Below, piece by piece: positions 27,053-37,159 of a stretch of DNA of 64,000 bases (positions are counted from its first letter, which is position 1; every line of letters begins with the position of its first letter). The position numbers were made by a program, and so were the translations under genes. This DNA is from an uncultured Mycoplasma sp. (lineage in GTDB: Bacteria; Bacillota_I; Bacilli_A; RF39; UBA660): NCBI GenBank assembly GCA_946500895.1, contig CAMMXG010000002.1, positions 6,574 through 70,573 of the forward strand, written 5' to 3'. The notes under the pieces are model-generated. The model worked only from the letters and a program-made list of their open reading frames with translations. It was not told the DNA's origin and did not search any database.

Positions 27053-27207
27053 ACTTATCACTCTATTATTATTTTAAACGAAAAAAGAAGATAAGACCAG
27101 CTTATCTTCGAAAACTTTACATTATTTTATAAAACTAAATACCTAATAAGTAGCTATTTTGGTGGATCCGTTTAGAAATTAACTAATAGTAAAAAGTGTG
27201 TTTAGAA

Positions 27208-27232
27208 AATATAAAACCCCGTATTTACGGGG
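27208..27232 (-). terminator. Rho-independent terminator downstream of the tRNA
   Basis: CCCCGTA-aat-TACGGGG followed by TTTTATATTTT on the minus strand. Confidence 0.7.
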
Positions 27233-27245
27233 ATAAATAACAAAA

Positions 27246-27321
27246 TGGTGATCTGTATGGGATTTGAACCCATGAATGTTGCCTTGAGAGGGCAATGTGT
27301 TAACCGCTTCACCAACAGACC
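27246..27321 (-). tRNA. tRNA-Glu, anticodon CUC
   Basis: 76 nt, GGTCTGTTGGTGAAGCGGTTAACACATTGCCCTCTCAAGGCAACATTCATGGGTTCAAATCCCATACAGATCACCA. Cloverleaf folds by hand: acceptor 7 bp, anticodon stem TTGCC/GGCAA, U33-CUC-A37, T-loop TTCAAAT, encoded CCA. The D-arm resembles bacterial tRNA-Glu. Confidence 0.85.
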
Positions 27322-27369
27322 AAATATTAATGCCTTTTAAAGACATTAATATATTATCATAATTCCGTT

Positions 27370-28275
27370 TCAATTACAAGGTCTTCTTAATACTAATATG
27401 GCGTTCTGATCATGGCCTCGATAATTTGGTATTAGTTTGATTTCTTCTTTTAATAGTTCTCTTCCAGTAATGTTAAGTCCACCAATAGGAAAAGTTCTTA
27501 ATTCATTATCTTGATATAACCCATAAATGTAATCTGCATAAATTATCCCTTTTTCATTAAGCATTTTTAGTAAAGGTTGGTATAATTCATGCAGTTTTTT
27601 TATGTCTAAATTGGGATGGTAAAAATATTCGAGAATATTAGAACATAAAATTAAATCATATTTCTTTTTACTTTCATAATTTAGGATATTACCTAAAATA
27701 AATTTACTATTTACTTTTATTAGATTATTTCTTACTTTTTCATAACTTTCTTCCCGCTCTAAATAACTATTAAAGAAGGTAATTTCATCTAAATCAAAAT
27801 AATAGTCTTGTGTTAAGATTTGAAGTAGTGATATTTCTCTTTGATATTTTTCTTGTAGTTTAAAATAATATGTAAATACTTCGTGCCAAAACGTTTGATA
27901 TTTAGGTAACATCCAATTTAATAAATATTCTAATATTTCTTTTTCTATCTCTTTCTCCTGCTTTTTATATAAAAGTGTAATTACTTTTAAATATTCTTCG
28001 TAGGAAAATCCTAAAATTAAAGCTTGCTTTATTCCTAGTGTATAATATTCGGTTAGAGGATTCATATCAATTAAATCTATATCTTCAAAATTATTTCCAA
28101 TTAAATTTAAATATTGATCTCCACTACTACAAATACTTAGGACAATTTTACCATTTATCCCTTCTAAATAAGCTTTGATATTTTCATTGGTAAAAGCATA
28201 TACTGCTAAATCATTTCTACTTCTATCATTTGTTTGTAAAGCGTTTAAAATAATTAATTTTATTTCTTCTAACAT
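27370..28275 (-). CDS. DUF3419/BtaA-like SAM-dependent transferase-like protein (tentative)
   Basis: VLSICSSGDQYLNLIGNNFEDIDLIDMNP...LGIK and DLILCSNILEY resemble class I methyltransferase/DUF3419 patterns. Confidence 0.35.
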   Translation of the reverse strand: MLEEIKLIILNALQTNDRSRNDLAVYAFTNENIKAYLEGINGKIVLSICSSGDQYLNLIGNNFEDIDLIDMNPLTEYYTLGIKQALILGFSYEEYLKVITLLYKKQEKEIEKEILEYLLNWMLPKYQTFWHEVFTYYFKLQEKYQREISLLQILTQDYYFDLDEITFFNSYLEREESYEKVRNNLIKVNSKFILGNILNYESKKKYDLILCSNILEYFYHPNLDIKKLHELYQPLLKMLNEKGIIYADYIYGLYQDNELRTFPIGGLNITGRELLKEEIKLIPNYRGHDQNAILVLRRPCN

Positions 28276-28301
28276 GAGAAAAAAGTGCTTTAAAACACTT
28301 T

Positions 28302-29960
28302 TTAATATTTTTCTATAAAGATATTTAAACGCTTTAACATTCTTGTTTTTCCAAGTAACTTCATAATATCATAAAGATTTGGTGTCATACTAGAAGTAGT
28401 TAAGACAACACGCATAGCAGTTGTAAAATCAGCAACATTTCCTTTGAAATTATCAGGATTTTCTTTGTATTCTTTCATATTAGATACATATCCCATTTTA
28501 TTGCATAATTCTTTAATTTTATTAAACCAAACTTCCTCTGTATCTTCTTCTTTATAATAATTATTTAAGTAAGTATCCATAATCGATTTAATTTCTTCTT
28601 TATCCGTAATTTTTGCAAAATCATATGTTAATTCCTTGTTCCATTCCTCATCATAAATATACCATGTTTTTGGGAAGATACTAATGTAATTTTCATAATC
28701 TTTTCTCGGTTTTTTTGTCTCTCTTTCAATATTCAAGAAAGTAATAGTATCCTCTTTGTATCTGCTTATCAATTCATATACATGTTCATCATATTTTTTA
28801 GCCCAAGCTAAGTATTCTTCGTAAAGTTCACTTGCACTCATCTTTGAAATATAATTTTTAGAAATATTATCTAGTTTATCTAAGTCAAATAATGCTCCAC
28901 TTGAACTCATTTTCTTTGGGCTAAATGGGAATTCATAGAATGGTTTATCTGGATTATTGGTCCTCCATTCTTCAAAATTGGAATTAGCAATCGTAAGTAC
29001 CGCATCAATGACTGCTAAAGTAGGATAACCTTTTTCCTCATAATAAAACATTAAAGCTTCCGGATCTTTTCTTTTCGAAATCTTTCTAATTGTATCTCCA
29101 TCTTTTTTGAGAATTAAAGAAGTATGAATGTATTTTGGCATTTTATAGCCAAACGCTTTAAATAAATCATAATGAAGAGGAACACTACTCATCCATTCTT
29201 CACCACGAACTACATGAGTAGTACGCATTAAATGATCATCTACTACATGAGCAAAATGATAAGTTGGAAGTAAGTTCTCACTTTTCATAATTGGTACATC
29301 AATGTCATTTTCAGGCATTTCAATTTTACCTTTGGTTAAATCTTCAAAAATAAACTTCTTGTTAAAATCTCCTTCGGAACGAAAACGAATCGTAAATTTT
29401 TCGCCATTTTTAATTCTTTCGGCCTTTTCATCATTCGAAATATCTCTAAATTTCGCATATCTTCCATAAATACCAATTCTCTTCTTTGATTTAGATTGAT
29501 ATTCTCTAATTTCATTTAATTCATCACTTGTTAAAAAACATGGGTAAGCTCTACCAATGCTAATTAAATATTTGATAAAAGCATGATATATTTCCATTCT
29601 TTCACTTTGAATATATGGCCCATAATTTCCAACTGTTTTTCCTTCAAACTCATATTCATCTGGATAAATACCATAATGACTTAAAACATGATGAATAAAT
29701 TCAACAGCCCCTTCAACACTTCTTGCTTGGTCAGTATCCTCATTTCTTAAATAAAATACTCCTCCACTTGATTTAGCAAGTACATAATTAATCGTAGCAC
29801 TCATCATATTACCAATGTGCATAAATCCCGTTGGAGATGGGGCAAAACGAACTACCTTAGCCCCTTCACCTAAATTTCTTTCTGGATACATTTTTTCATA
29901 ATCTTCAGGAGTTTTTGTAATATTTGGAAATATTAAATCTGCTAACTCTTTATTTGTCAT
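28302..29960 (-). CDS. gltX: Glutamate--tRNA ligase (long form)
   Basis: RFAPSPTGFMHIGN (HIGH), LRNEDTDQAR and KISKRK (KMSKS-type); 552 aa. Confidence 0.8.
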   Translation of the reverse strand: MTNKELADLIFPNITKTPEDYEKMYPERNLGEGAKVVRFAPSPTGFMHIGNMMSATINYVLAKSSGGVFYLRNEDTDQARSVEGAVEFIHHVLSHYGIYPDEYEFEGKTVGNYGPYIQSERMEIYHAFIKYLISIGRAYPCFLTSDELNEIREYQSKSKKRIGIYGRYAKFRDISNDEKAERIKNGEKFTIRFRSEGDFNKKFIFEDLTKGKIEMPENDIDVPIMKSENLLPTYHFAHVVDDHLMRTTHVVRGEEWMSSVPLHYDLFKAFGYKMPKYIHTSLILKKDGDTIRKISKRKDPEALMFYYEEKGYPTLAVIDAVLTIANSNFEEWRTNNPDKPFYEFPFSPKKMSSSGALFDLDKLDNISKNYISKMSASELYEEYLAWAKKYDEHVYELISRYKEDTITFLNIERETKKPRKDYENYISIFPKTWYIYDEEWNKELTYDFAKITDKEEIKSIMDTYLNNYYKEEDTEEVWFNKIKELCNKMGYVSNMKEYKENPDNFKGNVADFTTAMRVVLTTSSMTPNLYDIMKLLGKTRMLKRLNIFIEKY

Positions 29961-30003
29961 TATTAAACCTCTTTCCTAATAATACTATTTTACTTGAAAC
30001 AAT

Positions 30004-30026
30004 AGAAAAAAGCAAGATGCTTGCTT
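30004..30026 (-). terminator. Terminator overlapping the sigK stop codon
   Basis: AAGCAAG-cat-CTTGCTT followed by TTTTTT on the minus strand. Confidence 0.5.
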
Positions 30027-30720
30027 ATAAATCTTGACTTGCTTTCATAAATTCTTTTAATACTTTTGATAAGGCACGTTTTTCTATTCGCGATACATAG
30101 CTTCTAGATATTTTTAAAGTTTTAGCTATTTCTTTTTGAGTATGTTCTTCTTCATTTAATAAGCCATATCTTTTTACTAGTATTTCTTGTTCTCTTGGTG
30201 TTAAAACATGAAAGTATTTTTTTAATAAATGAATATTATCTTTTAAATGTAAGGAATCAGCGATATCAACGGAATCATCCTTAATAATTTCAATTAGACT
30301 AACCTCTCCACCATCTTTATCATATCCAATAAAATCATTTAAACTTACGGTATTAGCTAACTTTTTATTACTTCTAAAATGCATTAAAATTTCGTTTTCT
30401 ATGCATCTTGCCGCATAAGTAGTAATTTTAGTGGCTTTACTTCTTTGATAAGAATCAATACCTTTAATTAAGCCAATCGTACCAATACTAATTAAATCAT
30501 CAGTATCATAAGAAGCATTATCAAATTTTTTTACAATATGCGCTACTAATCTTAAATTATGTTCAATTAAAATATTTCGAGCTTCTTTATCCCCGTTTAA
30601 CATTCTCGTAATCATTTCATCTTCCTCTTCCGGTTTTAAGGGTTCGGGAAACACTCCATTTGAATAACTTCCAGTAAACATAAGCATATCTCTTACCATA
30701 CTAAGTAAACTTAAAAACAT
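30025..30720 (-). CDS. sigK: Sporulation sigma factor SigK-like, with pro-sequence, uninterrupted
   Basis: GVFPEPLKPEEE, LIEHNLRLVAHIVKKF and TTYAARCIENEILMHFR closely follow the B. subtilis SigK pattern. Likely start MFLSLLSMV at 30720. Confidence 0.75.
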   Translation of the reverse strand: MFLSLLSMVRDMLMFTGSYSNGVFPEPLKPEEEDEMITRMLNGDKEARNILIEHNLRLVAHIVKKFDNASYDTDDLISIGTIGLIKGIDSYQRSKATKITTYAARCIENEILMHFRSNKKLANTVSLNDFIGYDKDGGEVSLIEIIKDDSVDIADSLHLKDNIHLLKKYFHVLTPREQEILVKRYGLLNEEEHTQKEIAKTLKISRSYVSRIEKRALSKVLKEFMKASQDL

Positions 30721-30833
30721 TTTTTCACTTCCTAGTAAAAGTATATTTAAAAACAATAAAAAAAGAAGAGAAAATACTCTCTTCCAATATTATTTGCCTA
30801 TGGGGTAAAGGAAAAAAGAGCCATAGGCAAATA

Positions 30834-32573
30834 TTAAGTTTCTACTACATATGGATTTAAAGATGTGCCATTACCCGAAGAAAATGTAGTACTAGCCTTC
30901 AAATTTACTACTGGACGCACACCAATCTGGCTAAACACGTTCGGATAGAGAAGGCCATTTGAATACACATGAAATACCCAAGCACTGCCACTAGATCCGC
31001 TAAAATTAGACGGAGACATGGTCCAATAGTTTTGTCCTGTATATAGGTAATAACTTTGGTTGTTTGCTCCATATACTCCTCCGGCATAGGCTACCTCATC
31101 GGCACTGATTAACCCAATTGGATATTGTAATGCTTTATTTCCATTACTACTTCCAGAAACTGTATATAAATCGCTATCATTTGCACATTCAAATGTTGGT
31201 TGTCTATTTGTTACTAATCTGATATATCCTCCATAGTATGTTGTGGTGGTCCCTGTGCCTCCTTGCCCATTACTAACAGATTCATTTGTACTTGGCGTTC
31301 TATCTCCACAGAAGCCAGCATTTCCATCTAAATCGTCGGCATAACTTGCTAGATTATTTGTGTACCATGTGTTTAATGCTGTTAGGATTGTACTATTTGT
31401 TCCAGTTCCATGGACATTGTTTGTTGTGTATTTTAATCCTACATAGGCATTATTATTAGATGAACTATTGAATGCACTTATATTTGCTAACTGTGTTCCA
31501 CTTCCAGTTGCAGTATTACTTGTACCTTGATAAATTAATCTTAAACTTCCATCTTCATTAATCCTTATGATGCGCCAATAGAAGCCTGCAAATTGTACCC
31601 AGTTATCACTTGGATTTCCTGCAAAATAGTAGGTTCTTCCTTTACTTGTATCTTCATAATAGATTGTTCCTGTTGTATCTTCTGTTACTGTTACGCTAAA
31701 GTCGTTTCTGGTCGCTAGGTTTTTACTTGCGATTATTTCTTCAATTGTTATTAGTTGTTTAGCTATTAATGGTTCACTACATATTATTTTGCTTGTTCCA
31801 TTTAATCTTGTACATACTACTTGTTCTTCTTCACTTTCTTCTAATTCTATTGTGTAACTATTATTTTGGATTGTTGCATTTGTATTTGGTGTACATATAT
31901 TATCTGCTGTTACACAATATGTTGCACTTGTTACATTATTTGTTAATGTGGAAGTGACTGTTGTATTATCAACACCAAATTTTGCTTCTAATGTGTCTAC
32001 TACTTGTGTTTCTGGGTTTGCTACAACATTTATCTTTGATGAATATACTTTATTTGCAGCTTGTTCTACTGTTGCATCATAGTCTAACCATAATCTTAAA
32101 TGATATGTCTTTGTTTCATCGGCATTTAGTGTTCCAGTGTAAAGATTATATGCTTCATAAGCTCCTTCTACTTCTGGTGTTACACTTGTATTATCACTTA
32201 ATATAGATATTACATTATCATTGGTATCACTTGATAATGCTACTTTGATATAATTAGCACTAAGTGAGTTCGCTTGTTCATTTAAACTTTCTAAATTAAC
32301 TTGATAATTTGTCGCTGTATTACATGTATTTTCAATCGTAAAATCATAACTCGTTCCTGATAGTCCTTCTACATCAGTGATTGGTAATATATTATTTAAA
32401 CTGATAGAACTAGAATTACTTGTTAAACTGATATTTAAACAACCACTTTGAAAAGTATTCGCTGTATCTTGAATACCACCTGTACTAAAGAAGGCAAATG
32501 TAATTCCTATTACTCCTATTAAAATAACTACAATTCCCCCAACTAATAATGATATTTTAGTACCTTTATTCAT
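30834..32573 (-). CDS. Surface-protein paralog 2 (same family as the DGR target), not templated by the TR
   Basis: 579 aa with an N-terminal signal/anchor (ISLLVGGIVVILIGVIGITFAFFS). Core TGTIYYEDTSKGRTYYFAGNPSDNWVQFAGFYWRIIRINEDGSLRLIYQG, NAGFCGDR, LQYPIGLISADEVAYAGG and YWTMSP...GVRPVVNL. Confidence 0.8.
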   Translation of the reverse strand: MNKGTKISLLVGGIVVILIGVIGITFAFFSTGGIQDTANTFQSGCLNISLTSNSSSISLNNILPITDVEGLSGTSYDFTIENTCNTATNYQVNLESLNEQANSLSANYIKVALSSDTNDNVISILSDNTSVTPEVEGAYEAYNLYTGTLNADETKTYHLRLWLDYDATVEQAANKVYSSKINVVANPETQVVDTLEAKFGVDNTTVTSTLTNNVTSATYCVTADNICTPNTNATIQNNSYTIELEESEEEQVVCTRLNGTSKIICSEPLIAKQLITIEEIIASKNLATRNDFSVTVTEDTTGTIYYEDTSKGRTYYFAGNPSDNWVQFAGFYWRIIRINEDGSLRLIYQGTSNTATGSGTQLANISAFNSSSNNNAYVGLKYTTNNVHGTGTNSTILTALNTWYTNNLASYADDLDGNAGFCGDRTPSTNESVSNGQGGTGTTTTYYGGYIRLVTNRQPTFECANDSDLYTVSGSSNGNKALQYPIGLISADEVAYAGGVYGANNQSYYLYTGQNYWTMSPSNFSGSSGSAWVFHVYSNGLLYPNVFSQIGVRPVVNLKASTTFSSGNGTSLNPYVVET

Positions 32574-32629
32574 AACAATCTTCCTTTACTCCAACCATTT
32601 TACAACAATTAATATAGCATTTCATCAAG

Positions 32630-32649
32630 TTCGACAAAACTTGTCAAAA
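32630..32649 (-). promoter_or_regulatory. Conserved motif copy B upstream of paralog 2
   Basis: Plus strand ttcgacaaaacttgtcaaaa; minus strand TTTTGACAAGTTTTGTCGAA. Confidence 0.5.
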
Positions 32650-32797
32650 CTTCTTAATACATAAATAGGCTCCTATTGTTATAAAAAATATCATAGTTAA
32701 ATTTTAACTATTCTATCTACTATTAATATACCTTATTATGAAGAAAAAATCAATCTTTTTGTTATTATTTATTTATCATTTTAACAAAAAACCAATT

Positions 32798-33475
32798 TTA
32801 CACAATTGGTTTCTTTTCATTGTCAAACTCTTTCTCTATTAAGAATTCATGAATAATTTCTTCTTCACTCTCGACACTTATTTCTTCAATTCTATCTACT
32901 CGACATTTTTCACTAATTAGTATTGCTTCAATCTTTTTGACTGCTTCATCAACATAATCATTTATAACAACATAATTATATTTGTTTACTTCATTGATTT
33001 CGTTATAAGCTTTTTTAAATCTTTTAATAATTTGTTCAGCATTTTCTGTATTACGCATTTTAATTCTTCTTTTTACTTCTTCCATAGATGGTGCCATAAT
33101 AAAAATTAAAATTGTTTCTGGAAAAAGCGTTTTTACTTGTTTGGCTCCTTCTACATCAATTTCTAGGATAACATCTATTCCCTTTTCTAACTTTTCTTCT
33201 ATCTCTTTTTTAGGAGTACCATAATAGCAGCCATATTGAACTTGAGCATATTCTAAAAAATCACCATGATCAATTTTTCTTTGAAATTCTTCTGGCGTTA
33301 CAAAATAATAATCAATTCCATCCGTTTCATTATTTCTCTTTGGTCTTGATGTGTAAGAGATAGATAAATATAAATTTTTATTGCGCTCTAATAAATGTTT
33401 AATAACCGTTCCCTTTCCAGCACAAGTAGTCCCAGAAATAATAATTAAACTTCCTCTTTCTTTTCTTTTAATCAA
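32798..33475 (-). CDS. gmk: Guanylate kinase
   Basis: P-loop GTTCAGKGT, SYTSRPKR and YYG. Probable TTG start at 33475 after AAGGGGA. Confidence 0.85.
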   Translation of the reverse strand: MIKRKERGSLIIISGTTCAGKGTVIKHLLERNKNLYLSISYTSRPKRNNETDGIDYYFVTPEEFQRKIDHGDFLEYAQVQYGCYYGTPKKEIEEKLEKGIDVILEIDVEGAKQVKTLFPETILIFIMAPSMEEVKRRIKMRNTENAEQIIKRFKKAYNEINEVNKYNYVVINDYVDEAVKKIEAILISEKCRVDRIEEISVESEEEIIHEFLIEKEFDNEKKPIV

Positions 33476-33536
33476 AGTATCATCCCCTTTTGTTTGTAAT
33501 AATTTAGCACAATAAGAAAAAAATAGCAAGTTTTTG

Positions 33537-33773
33537 CTACTCTATGAAAAATTTATCTATACTTGTTTCTAGGATTACACTTATTTTGTATAAATCATAA
33601 ATGGAAATAGCCATATTTTCTTCTGAATATTCAAACTCTTGCAAAAATTCTTTTTTAATCTCGGCGTATTTACTTAGTTCATCAATCGATAAACCTTTCT
33701 TTTTGCGATAATATCTAACATTTTTTGCTACAGTTTTATACATTTCGGGATTAAATTCATAATTTTTACTCAT
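33537..33773 (-). CDS. Small XRE-type HTH protein
   Basis: 78 aa, VAKNVRYYRKKKGLSIDELSKYAEI...; ends DKFFIE like its neighbour. Confidence 0.6.
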   Translation of the reverse strand: MSKNYEFNPEMYKTVAKNVRYYRKKKGLSIDELSKYAEIKKEFLQEFEYSEENMAISIYDLYKISVILETSIDKFFIE

Positions 33774-33822
33774 AAGTTCACCTCATATTTATTGTACACT
33801 TATTTTCTTATTTTATAAAGGG

Positions 33823-34068
33823 TTATTCGATAAAAAATTTATCCATTGATACATTTAAGACAATTGATATTTTATAAAGAGTATTTAAACTCATTCCCTC
33901 TTTGCCAAAAGTTGTTTCAAATCTTCTTAAAAAATCATTGGATACTCCAATATCGGTCGCCAATTGTTCTTGGGTTATTCCAGCCAGCTTTCGATATTTT
34001 CTTACATTCCTCGCTACTACTTCAATAATATTATCTTTAAAGGTAAAATCTCTTTTAAACGTCGTCAT
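33823..34068 (-). CDS. Small XRE-type HTH protein (tandem paralog)
   Basis: 81 aa, VARNVRKYRKLAGITQEQLATDIGVS...; ends DKFFIE. Confidence 0.6.
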   Translation of the reverse strand: MTTFKRDFTFKDNIIEVVARNVRKYRKLAGITQEQLATDIGVSNDFLRRFETTFGKEGMSLNTLYKISIVLNVSMDKFFIE

Positions 34069-34217
34069 TTATTCTTCACTCTCCACTATTATTGTACTAG
34101 GTTGTGAGATTTTTTACTATGAAGTAATACTTCCTTTTTATGTTTATCTACTATATAATTATATGATATTTTTAACACATAAACAAGAAAAAACATTTAC
34201 TTTAAGTAAAGTAAATG

Positions 34218-34430
34218 TTATCTTCTTAATGTAGATTTTGGTTCATCATTTAGGAAATTTCTATTGGCAATTAATAAATCTTTTTCGTCTAAATAAATCT
34301 GTCCATCCATACCATAAAAAGGATGCTTTCCACTTTTTTGTAAGTTTGCAATATATTTTAAATCAGCTTTTATTTTTTCTTTTTCAGATTTGTATGGTAG
34401 GCCATCATAACCAATCCATGTTTCTTTCAT
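34218..34430 (-). CDS. Hypothetical 70-aa protein
   Basis: ORF with a GGGAGGG RBS. An 11-12-bp hairpin terminator (34192-34219) follows. No family recognised. Confidence 0.4.
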   Translation of the reverse strand: MKETWIGYDGLPYKSEKEKIKADLKYIANLQKSGKHPFYGMDGQIYLDEKDLLIANRNFLNDEPKSTLRR

Positions 34431-34476
34431 TTTAACCCTCCCATAAAGCTTAGTTTAGCATAAACCTAATTTGTTG

Positions 34477-36237
34477 TCAATTCATGACTCTTTTAAACAT
34501 GCGTTCTAAATCATAAATACTAAACTTAATAATGGTTGGTCTGCCATGAGGGCAATTATAAGGATTATCACACATCACCAGTTCATTTAAAAGTTCTTGT
34601 TGGGCTTCATGAGAAATTCTCATATTAGCTTTAATACTCATCTTACAAGCTAGGGTTGCTGCTAGATGATCATTAAATTTAATAGGATCAAACTTGTCTT
34701 TGATATCGATTACTAAATCAATAATCTTTCTAATACTTTCTTCTTCATAGTCTTGTAATATCCATGTTGGATGAGCCTTGACAACATAAGTATTTACGCC
34801 AAATTCTTCTAAAATGAAACCCATATCAGTTAGAATATGTAAGTTTTCTTTTAAAGTTAAAAAGTCAGATGCAGAAAGTTCAATTGTGATAGGAATTAAA
34901 AGGTATGTAGTTGTTACTTCTTTCTTCCTTAAAGCGTTTAAATAACGTTCATAATTTACTCTTTCTTGAGCAGCATGTTGGTCTATTAAATAAATTCCCT
35001 CTTCATTTTGAGCAATAATATAAGTTCCTAGGGCTAGGCCTACGGGATACAATACCAAACTTTTCATTTCCTTATTTACTATTAATTCATCACTTGTTTT
35101 TAACTCAGGAGTATTTTCTTCTATACTCACTTGAAAGTTTAATTCAGTTTGATGTGGTTCCGCTTCTTTTTTAGCCATAGATGTTACAATATCAGCGATT
35201 ACACTATCTTTAATGATATTAACACTTTCTTCTTTTAGGGCATTTGGTATTAGCAAATTATTATATAAAGTATCTTTAATTGTTGTGTAGATTAAATCAT
35301 ATAATTCCGGCATTTTACTTATTTTGACATCCTGCTTGGTAGGATGAATATTTACATCGACTAAAGTCGGATCTGTGTTTATTTTTAAGACGACAACCGG
35401 ATACTTTCCATCTGGTTTATAGGTATGATAAGCATCATTTATCGCTTTATTAATTTCACTATTTCTAATGACACGATCATTTACAAATGTATTTAAATCA
35501 TTGCGATTCGAACGAAGTATTTCTGGTTTGCAAATATATCCATATATATCAAAGTCATTGTTGCTAGATGAAAATTCTAACATTTTATTTGAAACATTTA
35601 AACCATAGATTTCATGAATTGTTTTAAGCAAGTTATCGGAACCACTTGTTTTAACTATTATGCGACCATTGTTTGATAAACTAAATTTTATTCCTGGATG
35701 AGCCAAAGCTAATTTTTCGATTAAACTCACAGAATTATAAGTTTCGGTATTTTCCGCTTTTAAATATTTGAGTCTTGCTGGAGTATTATAAAACAGATTT
35801 GTTACTGTAATGCTTGTCCCTACTCGCAAATCTCCACTTGTATTTTCAAGTACTTCGCCACCTTTTATGTGAATGTAGGTCGAATCAATGCCATCACTTG
35901 TTTTTAATTCTACTTCTGATACACTAGCAATTGATGGTAGAGCTTCACCTCGAAAGCCCATCGTATCTATAAAAAATAAATCATCATCTCGTAAGATTTT
36001 ACTGGTAGCGTGTCTGCCAAAGGCAAGAAGAGCATCTTCTTTGTCCATACCAATTCCATTATCTGTTACTTTAATGCTTTCTAATCCACCTTTGATTAAT
36101 TCTACTTTTATTTCGGTAGATGCTGCGTCAATGCTGTTTTCAACTAGTTCTTTTACGATGCTTGAACTTCTTTCAACTACTTCACCAGCCGATATTTTAT
36201 TTGCTAAAGCTTCACTCATTACATGAATTTTACTCAT
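34477..36237 (-). CDS. mutL: DNA mismatch repair protein MutL
   Basis: NKISAGEVVERSSSIVKELVENSIDA and GFRGEAL. Start MSKIHVMSE at 36237. Confidence 0.9.
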   Translation of the reverse strand: MSKIHVMSEALANKISAGEVVERSSSIVKELVENSIDAASTEIKVELIKGGLESIKVTDNGIGMDKEDALLAFGRHATSKILRDDDLFFIDTMGFRGEALPSIASVSEVELKTSDGIDSTYIHIKGGEVLENTSGDLRVGTSITVTNLFYNTPARLKYLKAENTETYNSVSLIEKLALAHPGIKFSLSNNGRIIVKTSGSDNLLKTIHEIYGLNVSNKMLEFSSSNNDFDIYGYICKPEILRSNRNDLNTFVNDRVIRNSEINKAINDAYHTYKPDGKYPVVVLKINTDPTLVDVNIHPTKQDVKISKMPELYDLIYTTIKDTLYNNLLIPNALKEESVNIIKDSVIADIVTSMAKKEAEPHQTELNFQVSIEENTPELKTSDELIVNKEMKSLVLYPVGLALGTYIIAQNEEGIYLIDQHAAQERVNYERYLNALRKKEVTTTYLLIPITIELSASDFLTLKENLHILTDMGFILEEFGVNTYVVKAHPTWILQDYEEESIRKIIDLVIDIKDKFDPIKFNDHLAATLACKMSIKANMRISHEAQQELLNELVMCDNPYNCPHGRPTIIKFSIYDLERMFKRVMN

Positions 36238-37159
36238 AATTATCCTCACTACTATCTAGACGTATTTCTAAATCACTTTGGTTTGTTAAAATTTGGCAAG
36301 CTTCTTTTATGTTTAAAAAGCCTATTCCCGGAATTACAATATCGTTATTTTGAGGAATGTTTAAAGTGTATTTTTCTTTTTCCTGATTATATTTTCTTAT
36401 AATAGTTGTGTTACCATAGAAAATCACTTTATTGTCATTTTCAAAATAAAAATGATAATTTTCATTTATAATTAGAGTAGTACCCTTTTTTATTAAATAA
36501 GAAATTGGTTTAATTTCTTTTTGGGTTAAATACTCATCATTTTCATAGGTAAAACCTGGGGTATCAGTAATCGTAAAATCGCCTATTTTTATTTTAATAA
36601 AATCAAGGGTTGTATTTGGTTTACTTGATGTTAAGATTTCTTTTTTAAGTCCATGTTCTTTTAATAGCTTATTTATAAACGTACTTTTTCCAGCATTGGT
36701 AATCCCCATAATAAAGGAGTCTTTAAAGCCTAATTCTTCCATGATTTTTAAAATATTATTTGATTTAAAATTAGGTTTATTACTTATAAAAAGAATTTTA
36801 TCTTTAATTTTATAAACTTTCTCTAACCACAATTTTATTTTTTCCGGTTTCATATCACGTCTTAATGTATCGCTTTTACTTATTATTAGAACTTTAGGAA
36901 TTTGTACTTTATTAAATAAAGATACTGTTTTTTGATTGATATTTAGAAAGTCAATTAAAAAGAATGCTATTCCTTTACTTTTATTTACTTTGTTTAATAT
37001 TTCTTCTTCATCAATCTCTTCTTTATTTTTTCGTTCTCCATAATTTTTAAGCCTAAAGCAACGACGACAATAAACACTCTTTAAATCTGGTGTAAATCCT
37101 GGTTTATCTTCATCAAGATTTTGCATTACTTTGCCACAACCAATACAGATTTTACTCAT
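36230..37159 (-). CDS. yqeH: Ribosome biogenesis GTPase YqeH
   Basis: N-terminal zinc ribbon CIGCG...CRRCFRLKNYG and G1 motif GITNAGKST. Confidence 0.8.
   Translation of the reverse strand: MSKICIGCGKVMQNLDEDKPGFTPDLKSVYCRRCFRLKNYGERKNKEEIDEEEILNKVNKSKGIAFFLIDFLNINQKTVSLFNKVQIPKVLIISKSDTLRRDMKPEKIKLWLEKVYKIKDKILFISNKPNFKSNNILKIMEELGFKDSFIMGITNAGKSTFINKLLKEHGLKKEILTSSKPNTTLDFIKIKIGDFTITDTPGFTYENDEYLTQKEIKPISYLIKKGTTLIINENYHFYFENDNKVIFYGNTTIIRKYNQEKEKYTLNIPQNNDIVIPGIGFLNIKEACQILTNQSDLEIRLDSSEDNYE

Noticed and set aside
27179-27373. The 64-aa ORF from the track.
   Set aside because: It runs through the tRNA-Glu gene and its terminator on the same strand. The tRNA cloverleaf explains the sequence, so the ORF is treated as spurious.
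30900-31015. C-terminal variable segments of the other four paralogs (also about 41340-41480, 55480-55600 and 57215-57330) as additional active VRs of this TR.
   Set aside because: On DNA comparison with the TR they differ at many non-adenine positions, including synonymous third positions. No gapless A-only alignment exists. At most, 30834 looks like a decayed former VR.
34477-36237. A functional link between mutL standing without an adjacent mutS and the MutS-like DGR ORFs.
   Set aside because: mutS may simply lie outside the window. The MSL ORFs contain only a domain-I-like segment. No evidence in the sequence connects them.
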